Positions 32,241-34,661 of a stretch of DNA of 34,661 bases are shown here, in pieces (the stretch's first letter is position 1; each line of letters starts with the position of its first letter). This DNA is from a virus (taxonomy: Duplodnaviria; Caudoviricetes): IMG/VR virus record IMGVR_UViG_3300049472_000056, positions 1-34,661 of that record; one strand, given 5' to 3'. The notes under the pieces are model-generated. The model made no database searches and was not told the DNA's origin. It was given only the letters and a program-made list of their open reading frames with translations. The position numbers and the translations under genes are program-made.

Positions 32241-34151
32241 TTAGATCCATCCTCCGCCGTTGGGCGAATCTGTGACCGACTCAACCCATGAGGATTGGGG
32301 GTCGGTTGGCTGTGGCTGTGGTTCTTCGAATTGTTCTTTCGGCTGCTTAGATTCCCAGTAATAGACCAGTGCGCGGGCGTAGGCTAGGCAGTCGAGGTAG
32401 TCGTGGCGGAATTGCCATTCAGGGTGGTATTTGCGGTCGGATGGTTTGGTTGACCACTTGCCGGGTTCGTATTCTACCGTGGCGCAAATGTGCAGGATCA
32501 GGGCAGATTCACGGCGAAGCGTGGCTGGCATGGCCAGAGATCCAACCCCGGTCGCTGCTAGCAATTCGCCTTGGACTGCTCGGATTGCGTTTTCAGTGTC
32601 AACGAAGTAGAGCCGCCACATGCCATCTTGGACGCGCCGGTAAATCCACCCGGCACAATCTCCAGTCGTGGCCTTCATCCCGCCCGATCCCTTGACCGCC
32701 AACCAGTCGGTGTGGCTGCGCAACCATTGGCGGATTTCGTCCTGGCGGTCGCCTACGTCCACGCCTTTTCTGACGATGGGGGCATGCGGTGCCCAGTCGC
32801 GCAAGAGTCCGTCTAGTCTATCCAGGGACTGGTGCAGCTCTTGGGTGGATGGCGGTCGGCCCTTGGGCGATGATACAATGGTGCCCCAGCCTACGATTGC
32901 ACCGCGCCCGCCACCTCTGCCGATGGCAGCAAAGTACAGACGGCCTGGCGCTTTGTCGCCGCCGCGCTGAACGTCAACGCCTAATGCGATGTGTTCGCAC
33001 CATTCAGGTACGTGGGCTAGGTGGACTGAATCGCCGTCGTCTTCCTTGCGGTCTACGTCCAGGTTGATTAGTGAGGATGCAGAGAGAGCGGCTAGGCGAT
33101 TACGGGTTGGAATGATAGTCTGGCCCGTCTCGTCCGTAATGATGTCATCACGGTACTGGCGGCAGTGCCGGTCGCGATAGTACTGCCGCATCAGGCTGTG
33201 GTCGCCAATAGCGACGTGCAATTGCGCCTGGTTATATTCTTCCGTTAGTCCATCCAGGATTGGGAAGCGGGAGCCGTTAACGACTATGGGGAAAGGCGAA
33301 TCAAGAGCGCCCCAGAGGATTGAAAAACGCCTAGACTTGGCGAGGTCTACCCGCTTCCATTTCTTCAGTGAGGCAATGCGCTGAGTATCGGTGATGAACG
33401 CGGCGCAATTGGTGCAGACCAGAGCCTTGTGTTCGTAGTCGATCATCTCCATATCGTAGGGCTGATAGACTCCGCAATGCGGGCACTCGTAATGAATGCG
33501 GGTCTTGGTCCCTTCGTCGTAGAGGCGGAGGATGTGCGAGCCGTCCTTCCCTTCGCCGTCGCGCTTGACCGTTGAGACGTATACAATCAGCGGGTCTTGG
33601 CTCTTGGTGATACGTTGATTGATGAGCTTGATGCGCCGATAGTCCGGCCAGTCGTCTACTTCGTCGATCAGGAGACAGTCACCGGTTGCACTTGCCTGTC
33701 CTGACTCGTGACGGCCACCAGCGGCACGGAGGATGCAGCGGCCACCGGAGGGGAGAGATACGACCGAGGCGGCACCGCCACGGGATCCGCCGCCTGATTT
33801 AGGAACGGAACCGCCCTGGGAGTGCAAAATGGGCCAGATCTTGGTCGTCCAGGCATCGCTGGCAGCTTTGAGCGTTGGATAGGCTATAATTCCTGTTTGC
33901 GATAGGGCATGGATCCGGCGAAGAATCAGCACGAAGGATGCGAGCGATCCGCCGTCCTGTACCGGCTTGGCGATCGTGATGGACGAAGCGCCTGAGTCAG
34001 CGGCCAGGAAGACGCAGTGTTGCGCGGGATGAGAAGTCGGGTCGTAGATTCCGCCGCCGCCATCAGGTAGCTGGACCGTTGCAGCAAAGCCTACTACGGT
34101 AGGCGTCGTCGATTGAAGCGCGCATAGACCAGGCCCGATGAGGTCGATCAT
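32241..34151 (-). CDS. terL: Terminase large subunit, lambda GpA family
   Basis: Deviant Walker A KPVQDGGS (cf. gpA KSARVGYS), Walker B LLIDEVD, motif III VST, CPHCG/CTNC Zn site, nuclease GVDVQ and HDYLDCLAYA. Confidence 0.9.
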   Translation of the reverse strand: MIDLIGPGLCALQSTTPTVVGFAATVQLPDGGGGIYDPTSHPAQHCVFLAADSGASSITIAKPVQDGGSLASFVLILRRIHALSQTGIIAYPTLKAASDAWTTKIWPILHSQGGSVPKSGGGSRGGAASVVSLPSGGRCILRAAGGRHESGQASATGDCLLIDEVDDWPDYRRIKLINQRITKSQDPLIVYVSTVKRDGEGKDGSHILRLYDEGTKTRIHYECPHCGVYQPYDMEMIDYEHKALVCTNCAAFITDTQRIASLKKWKRVDLAKSRRFSILWGALDSPFPIVVNGSRFPILDGLTEEYNQAQLHVAIGDHSLMRQYYRDRHCRQYRDDIITDETGQTIIPTRNRLAALSASSLINLDVDRKEDDGDSVHLAHVPEWCEHIALGVDVQRGGDKAPGRLYFAAIGRGGGRGAIVGWGTIVSSPKGRPPSTQELHQSLDRLDGLLRDWAPHAPIVRKGVDVGDRQDEIRQWLRSHTDWLAVKGSGGMKATTGDCAGWIYRRVQDGMWRLYFVDTENAIRAVQGELLAATGVGSLAMPATLRRESALILHICATVEYEPGKWSTKPSDRKYHPEWQFRHDYLDCLAYARALVYYWESKQPKEQFEEPQPQPTDPQSSWVESVTDSPNGGGWI

Positions 34152-34615
34152 GCCGTCGCCATTGCTGACGAGACCGCTACGGCAATCGCTTTCTCACACT
34201 CGGCACGGGTCTCCGGTGATAGATGGCCGGGGAGGTGCTGGGGGATCTTGTCTAGGGCGAGCCGGATCCGTCTACCCATGGCTGCGGATTGGGCGCGTAC
34301 CTCTGCGATCGGGACGAGTTCGCCACGGCGCTTGGCTAGTTCCAGTTCGGTGATCTCGCGGCGACGCTTGACCCAGAGGGCTTGTTCCTCTTCAAGGGCT
34401 AGTGATCGGTCGGAGTCGGAGGAACCTGACCCGACACCGGATGGGGAGATGACATCGGAGCTGGGGTCGTCCGACATCTCGTCGGCCATGATTGCGCTGA
34501 GGTCTGAGCCTACCTCGACTGATGCCCTGGCCTTGCGGTTCTCGCGGCTACGCCTCTGGCGGAGGGCGTTGGGGGTAACCTCGTCTTGTGACAATTTTTG
34601 TCGGCCCATTGTCAC
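34148..34615 (-). CDS. terS: Terminase small subunit (Nu1-like)
   Basis: RREITELELAKRRGELVPIAEV...R.ALDKIP motif; ATGA overlap with terL. Confidence 0.85.
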   Translation of the reverse strand: MTMGRQKLSQDEVTPNALRQRRSRENRKARASVEVGSDLSAIMADEMSDDPSSDVISPSGVGSGSSDSDRSLALEEEQALWVKRRREITELELAKRRGELVPIAEVRAQSAAMGRRIRLALDKIPQHLPGHLSPETRAECEKAIAVAVSSAMATA

Positions 34616-34644
34616 ATATATATGTCACTGAAAAGATTTGTCAC
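34588..34644. repeat. TGTCAC repeats, candidate cosB-like terminase-binding sites
   Basis: TGTCAC at 34610, 34623 and 34639, with an inverted copy at 34588-34593 and AT-rich spacers. Confidence 0.5.
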
Positions 34645-34661
34645 CTATAAAATGTAGGGAC

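Noticed and set aside
33930-33975. Terminase inactivated by loss of GKT in Walker A
   Set aside because: Lambda GpA-family terminases normally have a deviant Walker A with the Lys at the start (here KPVQDGGS).

Overview
The window looks like a complete or nearly complete ~34.7 kb tailed-phage (Caudoviricetes) genome that may be opened near its cos site. A divergent promoter region at about 6.0-6.4 kb drives two early operons. The leftward operon encodes a DUF1064 nuclease, a two-frame C5 methyltransferase, an HNH protein, a replication initiator with iterons and small ORFs. The rightward operon encodes a Cro-like HTH protein, a RecE-like exonuclease with its partner and small ORFs. A long minus-strand late operon (34.6 to 12.2 kb) carries a lambda-type terminase, gpW-like adaptor, portal and S49 protease, a P22-like coat, fibre/decoration genes, a possible fused lysis protein, and a short tail with a -1 frameshifted chaperone. 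I recognised no integrase, CI-type repressor or endolysin. The main discovery is at 9981-11722: four canonical integron attC-like sites plus an attI-like site form an integrase-less gene-cassette array inside the early operon. The array is oriented antisense to transcription. Cassette-specific end complementarity suggests real IntI-type mobility, and the attC sites double as stop/RBS/start translational couplers. Also notable is an exact 18-bp motif 40 bp upstream of two late genes, next to an Ogr/Delta-like zinc-ribbon gene. All calls come from reading the sequence by eye; no database search was run.
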